This document shows positions 18,392 to 27,153 of a DNA stretch of 52,982 nt, piece by piece. How positions within the stretch are numbered: position 1 is the stretch's first letter; each line of letters starts with the position of its first letter. A model generated the notes under the pieces. It made no database searches. It was given only the letters and a program-made list of their open reading frames with translations, and was not told the origin of the DNA. Source of the stretch: a virus (taxonomy: Duplodnaviria > Caudoviricetes); IMG/VR virus record IMGVR_UViG_3300042253_000131, positions 1-52,982 of that record, one strand, 5' to 3'. Position numbers and translations under genes: made by a program.

Positions 18392-18688
18392 GTCCCAACC
18401 CCCCTGGTGGTCCCAACCCTGTCCCAACCTTCCGAGGGGGTTGGGGACACGAAAAGGTGTGCAAAAACAACGGTGTCCCCAACCTCACTCCGTGGTCCCA
18501 ACCTTTTACCATACATTGATGTGGGAGAACGGAAAACGTCGGGACCATGTTTTTCCATACGAAAAGAGAAGGCCCCCCGTTGGGGACACCGAGGTTGGGA
18601 CCACATCCGGTCAAACCATTGGTGTGGAATGATAAAACCCTGTCCCAACCTCCCCGAAGGTTGGGACCACGCGCCCTGAGGTTGGGAC
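18392..18688. repeat. Iteron-like GTCCC(C)AACC array; putative replication origin
   Basis: 12 copies in both orientations (18392, 18410, 18421, 18439r, 18475, 18495, 18537r variant, 18578r, 18593r, 18642, 18659r, 18680r) around an AT-richer core. Confidence 0.8.
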
Positions 18689-18818
18689 CGGAGCTGAGGT
18701 GAGCGTCGATCGCCGCCCGCCGTCGCGCCCGTGGTCGTTTTCGCTTTGGCGCAGACCCGCCGGATGCTAGATATTGCGGTGACCGAAGCCGAAGGCCCAC
18801 AGCTTGTGAGCCTTCACG

Positions 18819-19340
18819 ATGAACACACCGATCCCCGCGCAGGACGTCCGCCCCGAGCCGGGCGCGATCTCCAGGTCCTGCATCCTCGCGCTCGATCTCG
18901 GCACCACGACCGGCTGGGCGCTCCGGACCCATGAAGGCCTGACCACCAGCGGCACCGCGTTGTTCCGCCCGGGCCGCTTCGATGGCGGTGGCATGCGTTA
19001 TCTGCGCTTCACCAACTGGCTGACGGAGATCGACCGGCTGTCCGGTCCCATCGCCGCGATCTGGTTCGAGGAAGTCAGAAATCACAAGGGTGTCGACGCA
19101 TCGCATGTCTATGGCGGTCTGATGGCCACCCTGACCGCATGGGCCGAGCTGCGCGGGGTGCCTTATCAGGGCGTGCCGGTGGGCACCATCAAGCGCCACG
19201 CCACTGGCCGAGGCAACGCCCCGAAGGAGGCGATGATCGCCGCGGCGCGAGCCCGCGGGTTCTCTCCCGCCGACGACAACGAAGCTGATGCTATCGCGCT
19301 CCTGCTGTGGGCCATCGCAACGAATGGGGGTGTCGCATGA
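18819..19340 (+). CDS. Phage RuvC-like Holliday junction resolvase
   Basis: LALDLGTTTGWA, FEEV, IKRHATGRGNAPK, DNEADAIA. Confidence 0.85.
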   Translation: MNTPIPAQDVRPEPGAISRSCILALDLGTTTGWALRTHEGLTTSGTALFRPGRFDGGGMRYLRFTNWLTEIDRLSGPIAAIWFEEVRNHKGVDASHVYGGLMATLTAWAELRGVPYQGVPVGTIKRHATGRGNAPKEAMIAAARARGFSPADDNEADAIALLLWAIATNGGVA

Positions 19341-19531
19341 GGTGGCATCCCCATGGCTACGGCGGGCACCGCCGCAACCCCGACGAGGTCAAGCGCGACG
19401 GCTGGAAGGAACAAGGGCTGCTGGCCGTCGCCATCGACGACGACCGCCTGACCTGGCCCGAACGCGAGCTGGTCCGTCAACTTGGCGAGCGGCTCTATGG
19501 CAAGCGGGAACGGGAGGCGCGCCATGGGTGA
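19337..19531 (+). CDS. Hypothetical protein (64 aa)
   Basis: ATGA overlap with the RuvC-like gene. Confidence 0.7.
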   Translation: MRWHPHGYGGHRRNPDEVKRDGWKEQGLLAVAIDDDRLTWPERELVRQLGERLYGKREREARHG

Positions 19532-19970
19532 GTGGACCACAGCGCAGGTGCAGGACCGGCTGGAGCTCGCGGCGGGCGTGATGCGGCAGATGCCGGGCGT
19601 GATGCCGCAGGGCTTCTTCAACGCATGGCCCGAGTATTTCCACAGCTTCGCCGACAAGGTCGGCCAGGAGCCGCGGATGCGTCGCCCGAGGCCCAGCCCG
19701 CGTCAGATCACGCAGGCCGAGGAGGCGATGCTCTGGCTGCGCTGGCTGGAGAAGAGCGACGCCCGCATCGTCTGGTTGCGTGCCAACGGCGAGCCGTGGA
19801 AGAAGATCACCTGGGAGATCGGGCTGAGCCGTCCGGCAGCCAACCGCCACTGGCAGTACGGCGTCGCGCTGATCACCTGGCGGCTCAACGGTCGCGTGCC
19901 GTCCTCGCGACGTTCGAAGCGCTTCGTGGTCGAGAATGCCGACCGGCTGTCAAGGAAAATCGTCCTGTGA
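19524..19970 (+). CDS. DUF6362-like protein, probable late-gene regulator
   Basis: C-terminal HTH (RIVWLRANGEPWKKITWEIGLSR); last gene before the cos/late region. Confidence 0.7.
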   Translation: MGEWTTAQVQDRLELAAGVMRQMPGVMPQGFFNAWPEYFHSFADKVGQEPRMRRPRPSPRQITQAEEAMLWLRWLEKSDARIVWLRANGEPWKKITWEIGLSRPAANRHWQYGVALITWRLNGRVPSSRRSKRFVVENADRLSRKIVL

Positions 19971-20222
19971 GGGAATTTTCGGAGAGACATCGGACGGGGT
20001 TCACCCTGCCCGCGCCGAGGCCTACAAAAACGATATGCTCGGGAGAGGCGCGCGCGGGACGGCCCGCGCCGCTGGCTTCCGGGGTCCATCTGGAAGCCAG
20101 GCCGGAATCCAGATCGGGGTCCGGATGGTTCGAAGGGCGAGTGGCAGGCGGTTGACGGGGGGCGCGCGCAGAGAATGGTTTTCCGGATCAATCGGTGACC
20201 GGTCGTCCCTGAGCCAAACCGC

Positions 20223-20471
20223 CAAGCCATTGTTTTACGGTTCCTTTCCGGGCCGAAACGTATGCTGGCGGGCGAAGCGCGGCATATCGCCAGCGACAGG
20301 GCCGATTTTTTGGGAAGCCACCCCGGGTGGAGTCCACCCCCGAAACCACAAATAACCACGCAATAACAACCACTTGGCTGGTGGACTCCGGGGTGGACAC
20401 CCTGGACCCCGGAGTCCAGCCGGAAGCCCGTGGATGCCCGCATCGCGGAATCCACCCGGGCGGAAGCCGCC
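20223..20471 (+). other. Lambda-like cos site (cosQ-cosN-cosB architecture)
   Basis: TTTACGGTTCCTTTCCGG (cosQ-like GGTTCCT 20239-45), TGGCGGGCGAAG-CGCGG (20266-82), GGA(G/A)(T/G)CCA repeats and IHF-like sites; the terminase is GpA-family. Confidence 0.65.
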
Positions 20472-20492
20472 CCATCATCGACAGGAACCTGC

Positions 20493-21866
20493 ATGACCCT
20501 CAGCTTCGCCCCGGACGCGATCGAGATGTGGCCGCTTGCGCGCCTGCAGCCCTGCGCGAGGAACGCGAAGGTGCATGGCGCCGAGCAGGTCGCCAAGATC
20601 GCTGCCAGCATGGCCGAGTTCGGCTGGACCGTGCCGTGCCTCGTGGCCGAGGACGGTGAGCTGATCGCGGGCCATGGCCGGGTGCTGGCCGCCACGCAAC
20701 TGGGGCTGACGGAAGCGCCGGTGATCGTGCTCGGCCATCTGACCGAGGCGCAGCGGCGGGCCTATCGCATCGCCGACAACAAGCTGACGGAGCTCGGCAC
20801 CTGGGACGAGGCGTTGCTGTCGGCGGAACTGAACGACCTGCTGGCCGAGGATTTCGACCTGTCGCTGGTCGGGTTTTCCGACGGCGAGTTGGACAAGCTG
20901 CTGGCCTTCGTGCCGGAGGGGGACGGCGAGGAAAGCGGCGGCACCAGCGTGCCGCCGGTGACCATCCCCGAGCCGCCGCGCAATCCAGCTTCGCGCACGG
21001 GCGATCTCTGGATCCTTGGCGACCATCGGCTGCTCTGCGGGGACAGCACGAACCACGCCGACGTGCGCCGCCTGATGAACGGCGAACGGGCGGTGCTATT
21101 CGCCACCGACCCACCGTATCTGGTGGATTACGACGGATCGAACCACCCGACGCGGAATAAAGACTGGTCGGCGTCTTATGGCACCACCTGGGATGACAGC
21201 AGCCAAGGCGCGGACCTCTACGACGGTTTCATTGCCGCTGCGGTCGCCGAAGCCATCGCCGACGATGCCGCGTGGTATTGCTGGCACGCCTCGCGCCGCC
21301 AGGCGATGCTCGAAGCCTGCTGGGAGAAGGCGGGCGCCTTCGTCCACCAGCAGATCATCTGGGTGAAGGATCGCGGGGTTCTGACCCGCTCGCACTATCT
21401 CTGGAAGCACGAACCCTGCTTCATGGGTTGGCGTCGCCCGAACCGGCCGCCGAAGGTGGCCGAGGAAACGCTGCCCTCGACATGGGCGCTGCCCAGCTTC
21501 GCCAAGGACGACCGGCCCGACCACCCGACCCCGAAGCCGCTCGACGCGTTCGGCATCCCGATGCGCCAGCATGTTGCGCGGGGCGGCCTCTGCTACGAGC
21601 CCTTCTCGGGCTCGGGTTCGCAGATCATGGCGGGCGAGGCCAACGGCCGCCGCGTCTTCGCAATGGAGATTAGCGCGGCCTATGTCGATGTCGCCGTCGA
21701 ACGCTGGCGGGCCGAGACCGGGCGCGAGGCGATCCTCGATGGCGACGGTCGGACCTTCGCTGAGGTGAGAACCGAGCGGCTGGGGGACGACGCCGAAGCC
21801 CGGGCCGATACGCCGGTCAAGGACGCCGCCCCCGAACCCGCGCGAAAGCGCAAGACCGCCGCGTGA
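20493..21866 (+). CDS. ParB-N domain + N6A/N4C DNA methyltransferase
   Basis: ParB-like IAGHGR..RAYRIADN; TDPPY; HPTPKP; EPFSGSGS (beta motif order). Confidence 0.9.
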   Translation: MTLSFAPDAIEMWPLARLQPCARNAKVHGAEQVAKIAASMAEFGWTVPCLVAEDGELIAGHGRVLAATQLGLTEAPVIVLGHLTEAQRRAYRIADNKLTELGTWDEALLSAELNDLLAEDFDLSLVGFSDGELDKLLAFVPEGDGEESGGTSVPPVTIPEPPRNPASRTGDLWILGDHRLLCGDSTNHADVRRLMNGERAVLFATDPPYLVDYDGSNHPTRNKDWSASYGTTWDDSSQGADLYDGFIAAAVAEAIADDAAWYCWHASRRQAMLEACWEKAGAFVHQQIIWVKDRGVLTRSHYLWKHEPCFMGWRRPNRPPKVAEETLPSTWALPSFAKDDRPDHPTPKPLDAFGIPMRQHVARGGLCYEPFSGSGSQIMAGEANGRRVFAMEISAAYVDVAVERWRAETGREAILDGDGRTFAEVRTERLGDDAEARADTPVKDAAPEPARKRKTAA

Positions 21867-22829
21867 CATGCATGACCTGGCTTTACGTTCCTCCGGAGAC
21901 ACTTCCGGAGCCGGAGACGCATGCCTCTTCGGCCTCTCCCTCTGCTCCGGCGCAGGCGGTCTCGACCTCGGGCTTGCCATCGCCATCCCCGGATATCGTG
22001 CTGTGGGCCATGTCGAACGGGAAACCTTCGCCGCAGCCACTCTCGTGGCGCGGATGGAAGACGCGTCCCTGGATCAGGCTGTTGTCTGGGACGACGTTGG
22101 AACCTTCGACGGCGGCCCGTGGCGCGGCGCGGTGGACATCGTCACTGCGGGCTATCCGTGTCAGCCGTTCTCCGTCGCAGGCAAGCGCCGGGGCACGGAC
22201 GACCCGCGCCACCTCTGGCCGCATGTCGCCCGCATCATCGGCGAGGTCGAGCCACCCTTCGTCTTCCTCGAGAATGTCGCCCATCATCTCCGCCTCGGCT
22301 TCCCCGAAGTCGCCGCAGGACTGGTCCGCATGGGCTACAAGCTTGCGGCAGGCCTCTTCACGGCGGCGGAAGTCGGCGCGCCCCATCGACGAGAGCGGCT
22401 CTTCATCCTCGCCATCCGCGAAGGGGACGAGTTGGCCGACCCCGCGCGCCTGCTCTGGGACCCGTTCGAGCGGCGGCAACCGGACGGAGATGCTGCGGCT
22501 CTGGCCGACACCGATGGCGAACGACGGTTGCAAGCCGAGCGCGGGCAACCGCAAGACGGCCGATCTGACCCATTCGGCGGGGATGTGGATGACGCCGACG
22601 GCCCGGGACCACAAGGATGGCGCGACGAGCCTGGCGAACACGCCGGTGAACGGCCTGCTTGGCCGCCAGGTCCTGGTGACGCCAGCGGTTGGCGCGCCTT
22701 CCTGCGACACGCCCCGGACCTCACATGGGCACTCCGATGTCAACGGTTGGCATTTGGTCACATGATTACGCTCCGTCTGTTTCAGGATCCGAGGTCCGAG
22801 CCCGAATGCATGACGCGGCCCGGTTCCGG

Positions 22830-22980
22830 GCACGATCAACCTCACATACGGTCGCGCAGGTGCCCTGTCGGGCGGTCGGCGCGGTCCAGAATTCCGCTTG
22901 CGGCGGGCTGGGCTCGAGCGGATGAGACCAATCTTGAACACGGTTCTTGTCAGACCAGGGTCCGGCCCGGTTCATCCACC
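22830..22980 (-). ncRNA. Putative bridge/seek RNA (target- and donor-binding loops)
   Basis: Guide segments match the insertion site (CTTGAAC 22933-39, GGTCCGG 22959-65) and the circle junction (CTCACAT 22841-47, ATTCC 22891-95). RNA ends unknown. Confidence 0.75.
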
Positions 22981-23036
22981 CGGATCCGGCGAGGCTGATC
23001 GGGCCCCGTCGAATTTCGAAAAAAGGATGTATCAGG

Positions 23037-24206
23037 TCAGGCGGGTTTCATCGCGGCACCCTCGATCACGACACCCGTGGCGACGTATTTCCAGAGTGCA
23101 ACCAGCAGCTTTCGCGCCAGCGCCACGATGGCGGGTTTGCGCGAGCGGCCACCCTGATGCGCCACCCTGTCGCGAAACCACTGCGTCAACGCCGATGTCG
23201 GCTGGTGCTGCAGCCAGAGCCAGGCCAGCTGGATCATCGTGGTGCGCAGCCGCGGATTGCCGGCTTTCGACACGCCTTGTTCCTGGTCGACCGCTCCGCT
23301 CTGCCACGGCGTCGGCGCCAGACCCGCATAGGCGGCCACCTGCCTTCGGTTGTCGAAGTGACGATAGAGCCCCTCCGACCAAAGCAGCATGGCGAATTCC
23401 GGGCCGATCCCCCTGATCTCCAGCAGCCGCGCGGCCGAGGCGGGCAGCGCGGCCTCCCGGGCCTGTGCCAGTTCGGCATCGCGCTCGGCCTCCACCGCCT
23501 TGATCTGCGCCAGCAGCAGTTCCAGCCGGTCGAGCTCGCGCAGGATCTGCGCCGTCAGATGCCGCGGGAGTTCCCGGCCGTCCCCGGTCCGCAGCTCTTC
23601 CAGCCGCTTGCGACGATCGCGCCGCAGCGGCTCATATCCGCTCACGCCTTGCGCGAAGAGCAGCCCCTTGATGCGGTTGACATGCGCAACACGCTCGCCG
23701 GTCAGGGTCTTGCGCTCGCGCATGATCCGGCGCGCGTCCTCCTCAGCGGGCGACGGGGCCCGGACCATGGCGCAGACCCGCGGCTCTGCCCGCTTGAAGG
23801 CCAGCAGCGCCCGCACCAGTGCCTCGCCGTCGATCCTGTCGGTCTTGGCGCGCCGCCGCCGACGCGAGGTCGCGATCGAGGCCGGATCGACGACATGGCT
23901 CTCGATGCCTTCCTTCACCAGCGCGCGGTGGATCCAGAAGCCGTCGAGACCCGCCTCCTGAATGGTGACGATCGGGAAATCCCGTCCCGTGCGCGCCTTC
24001 GCTTTCGCTACAAGAAGCCGGAAACGCTCCATGAGCCCCGCAATGTCGCCGCCCGGCACGCTGTGCTTCGACATCTTCTCGCCGCCGCCGGGCGACAGCG
24101 ACGTGACGACCCAACGCGATCGGCTGAGTTCCAACGAGACGAAAATCGCGCCAAGATCGGTGCGGATCGCGGCCGGCGTGATGATCGCGGGGGAAGGCTT
24201 GTTCAT
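23037..24206 (-). CDS. IS110 family transposase/recombinase (389 aa)
   Basis: CAGGAG RBS; RuvC-like SLELS / QEAG / KTDRID; C-terminal GIGP, GLAPTPWQSG, GNPRLR, ALARKL. Confidence 0.93.
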   Translation of the reverse strand: MNKPSPAIITPAAIRTDLGAIFVSLELSRSRWVVTSLSPGGGEKMSKHSVPGGDIAGLMERFRLLVAKAKARTGRDFPIVTIQEAGLDGFWIHRALVKEGIESHVVDPASIATSRRRRRAKTDRIDGEALVRALLAFKRAEPRVCAMVRAPSPAEEDARRIMRERKTLTGERVAHVNRIKGLLFAQGVSGYEPLRRDRRKRLEELRTGDGRELPRHLTAQILRELDRLELLLAQIKAVEAERDAELAQAREAALPASAARLLEIRGIGPEFAMLLWSEGLYRHFDNRRQVAAYAGLAPTPWQSGAVDQEQGVSKAGNPRLRTTMIQLAWLWLQHQPTSALTQWFRDRVAHQGGRSRKPAIVALARKLLVALWKYVATGVVIEGAAMKPA

Positions 24207-24434
24207 GGCTGTCTCCTGTGCAGATGGGTGTCTGAGCAACCCCACTCTGCCAGAGCGCCGGTCGCGGTCCACCGCCCATGGAATCTTGAACCCGCTGTTC
24301 GTCGAGGCGCTGATGGGCTGGCCCACCGGGTGGACCGGCTTCGGCTCTGTGGCAACGGCGTGGTCCCGCTGGTTGCAGCGTATGCGCTCCGAACTCTGGC
24401 GGCTGAACTGCTGGCCGATGGATGAGGCCGCGAC

Positions 24435-24650
24435 ATGAAGCAGTCGCGCCTCATGTCGCTGGTCGAATCCGTCGCCAATGTGATCGTCGGCTACGGCGTT
24501 GCGGTCGTCACGCAGATCCTGATCTTCCCGGTCTTCGGGCTGCACACGACGCTGGCGCAGAACCTGAAGATGGGCGCGATGTTCACGGTAGTGAGCATTG
24601 CACGCTCCTTCGTCCTGCGAAGGGTGTTCGAGGCGATCCGGGGGCGATAG
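24435..24650 (+). CDS. Small membrane protein (DUF7220-like)
   Basis: MKQSRLMSLVES, two hydrophobic helices; common after phage methyltransferases. Confidence 0.75.
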   Translation: MKQSRLMSLVESVANVIVGYGVAVVTQILIFPVFGLHTTLAQNLKMGAMFTVVSIARSFVLRRVFEAIRGR

Positions 24651-24725
24651 TGACGGTCAGATTGGCGGACGAAGCGGTCGTTTGCGGTCTGCCAGTGCGA
24701 CTGACGCGCGCACTGGCAGATAGCG

Positions 24726-25433
24726 TCAAGTCAGAGTCTGAAGGCGCACCTCACCGGCATTCAGGAAGCAGGCTTTTGAGAAGATGCCGGAAGGGATTGG
24801 ATTGGGAAGGCGAAGGTCGGCAATGCCCGGCACAGCCGTGACCTCGGGTTCGTAGGACCGGTCGATCTGCGAGATCACTCCCAGAATGACACCGGTGCTG
24901 CGTGTGAATGCCTGCAAGACCTTCATCTGTTCCGAAAGCGGGGGCTTTGTCCTCTGCTGATCGAGGATCTGCAAATAATCGATGACAGCCACAGTGCCCC
25001 TTGGTGCGCCCAACAGATGCTGGACGATGCTGTCGGCGCAGATATCGTCTGAGGTGACGATTTCGGGCATGAGTTCGGGCAACGGGTCGGCAAGTGCGCG
25101 GAACTGCTCGATCGCCTCGCGTTCAGTGTATTCCAGCGTGAAGAGGACGCTTCGCCGCCCTGCGTGGGCAGTATCGAGCAGCAGCTGCAATCCAAGCCGC
25201 GTCTTACCTTGCCCGGGACGGGCAGCGATCAGGAGCATATCGCCATATGCAAGCTCTTGCAGCAGTGGGTCCTCATTGGAACCCGCCTGGACGCGTGATG
25301 CCAGCAGGCTCCATGCAGTGAAGCCTTCGTCAATGGCAACACGGTCCTGTGCTAAATGCAGAGGAATTTTCTCATGACGGGCCAAGAGCTTGGCACGCCG
25401 TTTCAACTGATAGATCGGTGCGGACAGTCGCAT
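24726..25433 (-). CDS. Short DnaB-C/RecA-fold ATPase (accessory 'DNA helicase'-like)
   Basis: ARPGQGKT, FTLE, IDYLQ, SQIDR; GGAGG RBS; lacks the DnaB N-terminal domain. Confidence 0.8.
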   Translation of the reverse strand: MRLSAPIYQLKRRAKLLARHEKIPLHLAQDRVAIDEGFTAWSLLASRVQAGSNEDPLLQELAYGDMLLIAARPGQGKTRLGLQLLLDTAHAGRRSVLFTLEYTEREAIEQFRALADPLPELMPEIVTSDDICADSIVQHLLGAPRGTVAVIDYLQILDQQRTKPPLSEQMKVLQAFTRSTGVILGVISQIDRSYEPEVTAVPGIADLRLPNPIPSGIFSKACFLNAGEVRLQTLT

Positions 25434-25706
25434 CACGGAACCTCCATATCGAGCCGGAAACGCAACCCCTCCTTATGCGAACGCTCGAACAGATGGTTCG
25501 ATGATCTCAGTCACCCCGTATGTGCAATACTTCCCCATCTGGAGGGGGGAGGCGCGGGTCAAGCCTAACGACAATATTATTCATGATCAGGGAGCCACGC
25601 AACCCGTTCGTCCGCTTCGGGCTCTTCGCGTCGATTGCCTGCCACCGCTGAATGAGCAACCGCCGCCCAGCAGGACGGCGGCCTGATCGAGTTCGTGGCC
25701 TACCCC

Positions 25707-26225
25707 TTAGCCCTCGGCGATCATGTAGCAGCGCCCGCGTCCTGCGACCTTCTCGGAGGTGATGGTGAGTCCGAGTTTCTTCTTCAGCGCGCCGGCCATG
25801 AAACCCCTCGCGGTATGAGGTGCCCATTGCGTAGCGTCCACGATCTCGTCGATGGTGGCGCCGCCCTCGGCCTTCAGCATGGCGATGACCGCCTCCTGCT
25901 TGGTGCCGCTGCGGCGGCGAGCGGGCACGGGCGCAGGTTCGGCCGCCGGCAGCTCCTCCGGATCATCCGTGATTCCGAGAGTGCTGTAGGCCAGCGACGT
26001 GGCGCGCAGGGTGATAGGGCCGCGCTCCTCGTCGTGCCGCCAGACCGTGTTGAGGTCGGTGGCGGCGACCTCTTCGATCAGCCCACGCTTGAGCAAGCTC
26101 TTGCAGACATTGCCGACGGCGCCGCCCTTGAGGTTGGCGGTGACGGGGAACAGCATCCCGTCCTCGCGCGCGCAGGCGGCGGACAAGATTACGGCTTGGG
26201 TGTCGGACAGCTGGATCTGGGTCAT
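25707..26225 (-). CDS. DUF3489 domain protein
   Basis: TKQEAVIAML..GATIDEI..WAPHTARG..LKKKLGL. Confidence 0.8.
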   Translation of the reverse strand: MTQIQLSDTQAVILSAACAREDGMLFPVTANLKGGAVGNVCKSLLKRGLIEEVAATDLNTVWRHDEERGPITLRATSLAYSTLGITDDPEELPAAEPAPVPARRRSGTKQEAVIAMLKAEGGATIDEIVDATQWAPHTARGFMAGALKKKLGLTITSEKVAGRGRCYMIAEG

Positions 26226-26319
26226 GGGGGCGTCTCCGTGTTCGGGGCCGCGACCGTCGTGGCCCTCCTACGACCCCGAGCCGCGCTGGGCGCGGCAGGA
26301 GTTCCGGCGGTGCCGGATG

Positions 26320-26544
26320 TCAGCGGGCGTGCTCGCCCTCGCCGAAGGCGCTGTCGGTGATCTCGCGCAGCTTGGCGCGGTAATGGTTCAGGGTGCCGAC
26401 GTCGCCCCAGTCGATCTCGTCGGGGTGGGTCTCGAAGTGGTCTGCGCTGAGGGCGGCGAGCCGCTCCAGCATCGCCTCGATCTCGAACTTTGCGGCGAGG
26501 AAGGCGTCGAGGGCCTTGGTGTTGTCCGGTGGGCGGCGGGTCAT
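26320..26544 (-). CDS. Small hypothetical protein
   Basis: ALDAFLAAK..DHF..PDEIDWGDVGTL; GGAG RBS. Confidence 0.7.
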   Translation of the reverse strand: MTRRPPDNTKALDAFLAAKFEIEAMLERLAALSADHFETHPDEIDWGDVGTLNHYRAKLREITDSAFGEGEHAR

Positions 26545-26655
26545 GGTGGTGGCTCCGTTTTGAGTTGCTACGTTCCTGTGCAATCAGAATCGCTCCGCCA
26601 CGCCCGAAAGTGTAGGCAATTCAGAGCCATATGATTGCTTTCTGGCCGACACCAT

Positions 26656-26874
26656 TCAGATCAGCTGCAGGCTGGCCAGCATGGTGCTGGCGGCCACAAG
26701 CTCGGTGGTCGGCAGTTCGATCTTGATGTGCGAGATCACGTCCGAGGCTTCAGCCGCAATGCCCTCATCGCGCAGCGCGGCCTCGATCATGCGGGCGGCA
26801 GCTTCGGGACCCTTGAGGTTCAGCGGATCCGGCAGTGCAGTGTGATCGATGCGGATGGTGGTAGTGGCAGTCAT
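26656..26874 (-). CDS. Small hypothetical protein
   Basis: 72 aa, AAAGGA RBS. Confidence 0.65.
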   Translation of the reverse strand: MTATTTIRIDHTALPDPLNLKGPEAAARMIEAALRDEGIAAEASDVISHIKIELPTTELVAASTMLASLQLI

Positions 26875-26886
26875 GTGGGTGTCCTT

Positions 26887-27093
26887 TCAGGTTTGGGTTT
26901 CGACAGCGCCAGCGCGGCGTCCGGCGTCATAGGCCTCGACGAGCGCGTCGCGGATGGCCCAGACGGCGACATCGTGGAAATCGAGCCGGTCGGAGTTCCG
27001 GGTCTCGATCGTCTCGAGGAAGAAGCGGCGCTGTGCGATCTCCAGGATCAGCGCGTCGCGGGCGGCGGCGGGGTCGGTCTTGTGGCGGGGCAT
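26887..27093 (-). CDS. DUF6900-like small protein
   Basis: ETIETRNSDRLDFHDVAVWAIRDAL..AY; GAGGA RBS. Confidence 0.75.
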   Translation of the reverse strand: MPRHKTDPAAARDALILEIAQRRFFLETIETRNSDRLDFHDVAVWAIRDALVEAYDAGRRAGAVETQT

Positions 27094-27153
27094 GGCAGGT
27101 TCCTCGGGTGAGTTGCATCGTCCTTCTGGACACACGTTCCCTCAGTCCGCCGT

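Larger units (their letters stand above)
22722..24286 (-). mobile_element. IS110-family (IS1111-type) insertion sequence, 1565 bp
   Basis: CT core at both junctions (22720-21, 24285-86); sub-terminal IR CATGGGC/GCCCATG; outward TTGACA (22738-43); long non-coding end downstream of the transposase. Confidence 0.9.
21868..24425 (+). pseudogene. C5 cytosine methyltransferase alpha chain, interrupted by IS110 (21868-22721 + 24287-24425)
   Basis: Motifs I (CSGAGG), IV (GYPCQPFS), VI (ENV), VIII (RERLF) before the IS and X (GNGVVP) after it; removing the IS restores a 330-aa frame (..APDL/EPAV..). Confidence 0.85.
21872..24438 (+). pseudogene. Overlapping +1-frame ORF (putative MTase beta chain), interrupted by IS110
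   Basis: Open across the whole alpha gene once the IS is removed (333 aa); WPTP/WPTP/WMTP repeats and motif IX-like LNPLFVEALMGWP; stop overlaps the next ATG. Confidence 0.7.

Noticed and set aside
18392-18688. CRISPR array
   Set aside because: Repeats are 9-10 bp, in both orientations, irregularly spaced, and there is no cas operon.
22947-24425. 492-aa plus-strand ORF
   Set aside because: Antisense to the transposase; only its last ~45 codons are real (methyltransferase motif X).
25500-25570. tmRNA/tRNA-like fragment on the minus strand
   Set aside because: Superficial resemblance only; no T-arm, acceptor stem or tag frame could be built.
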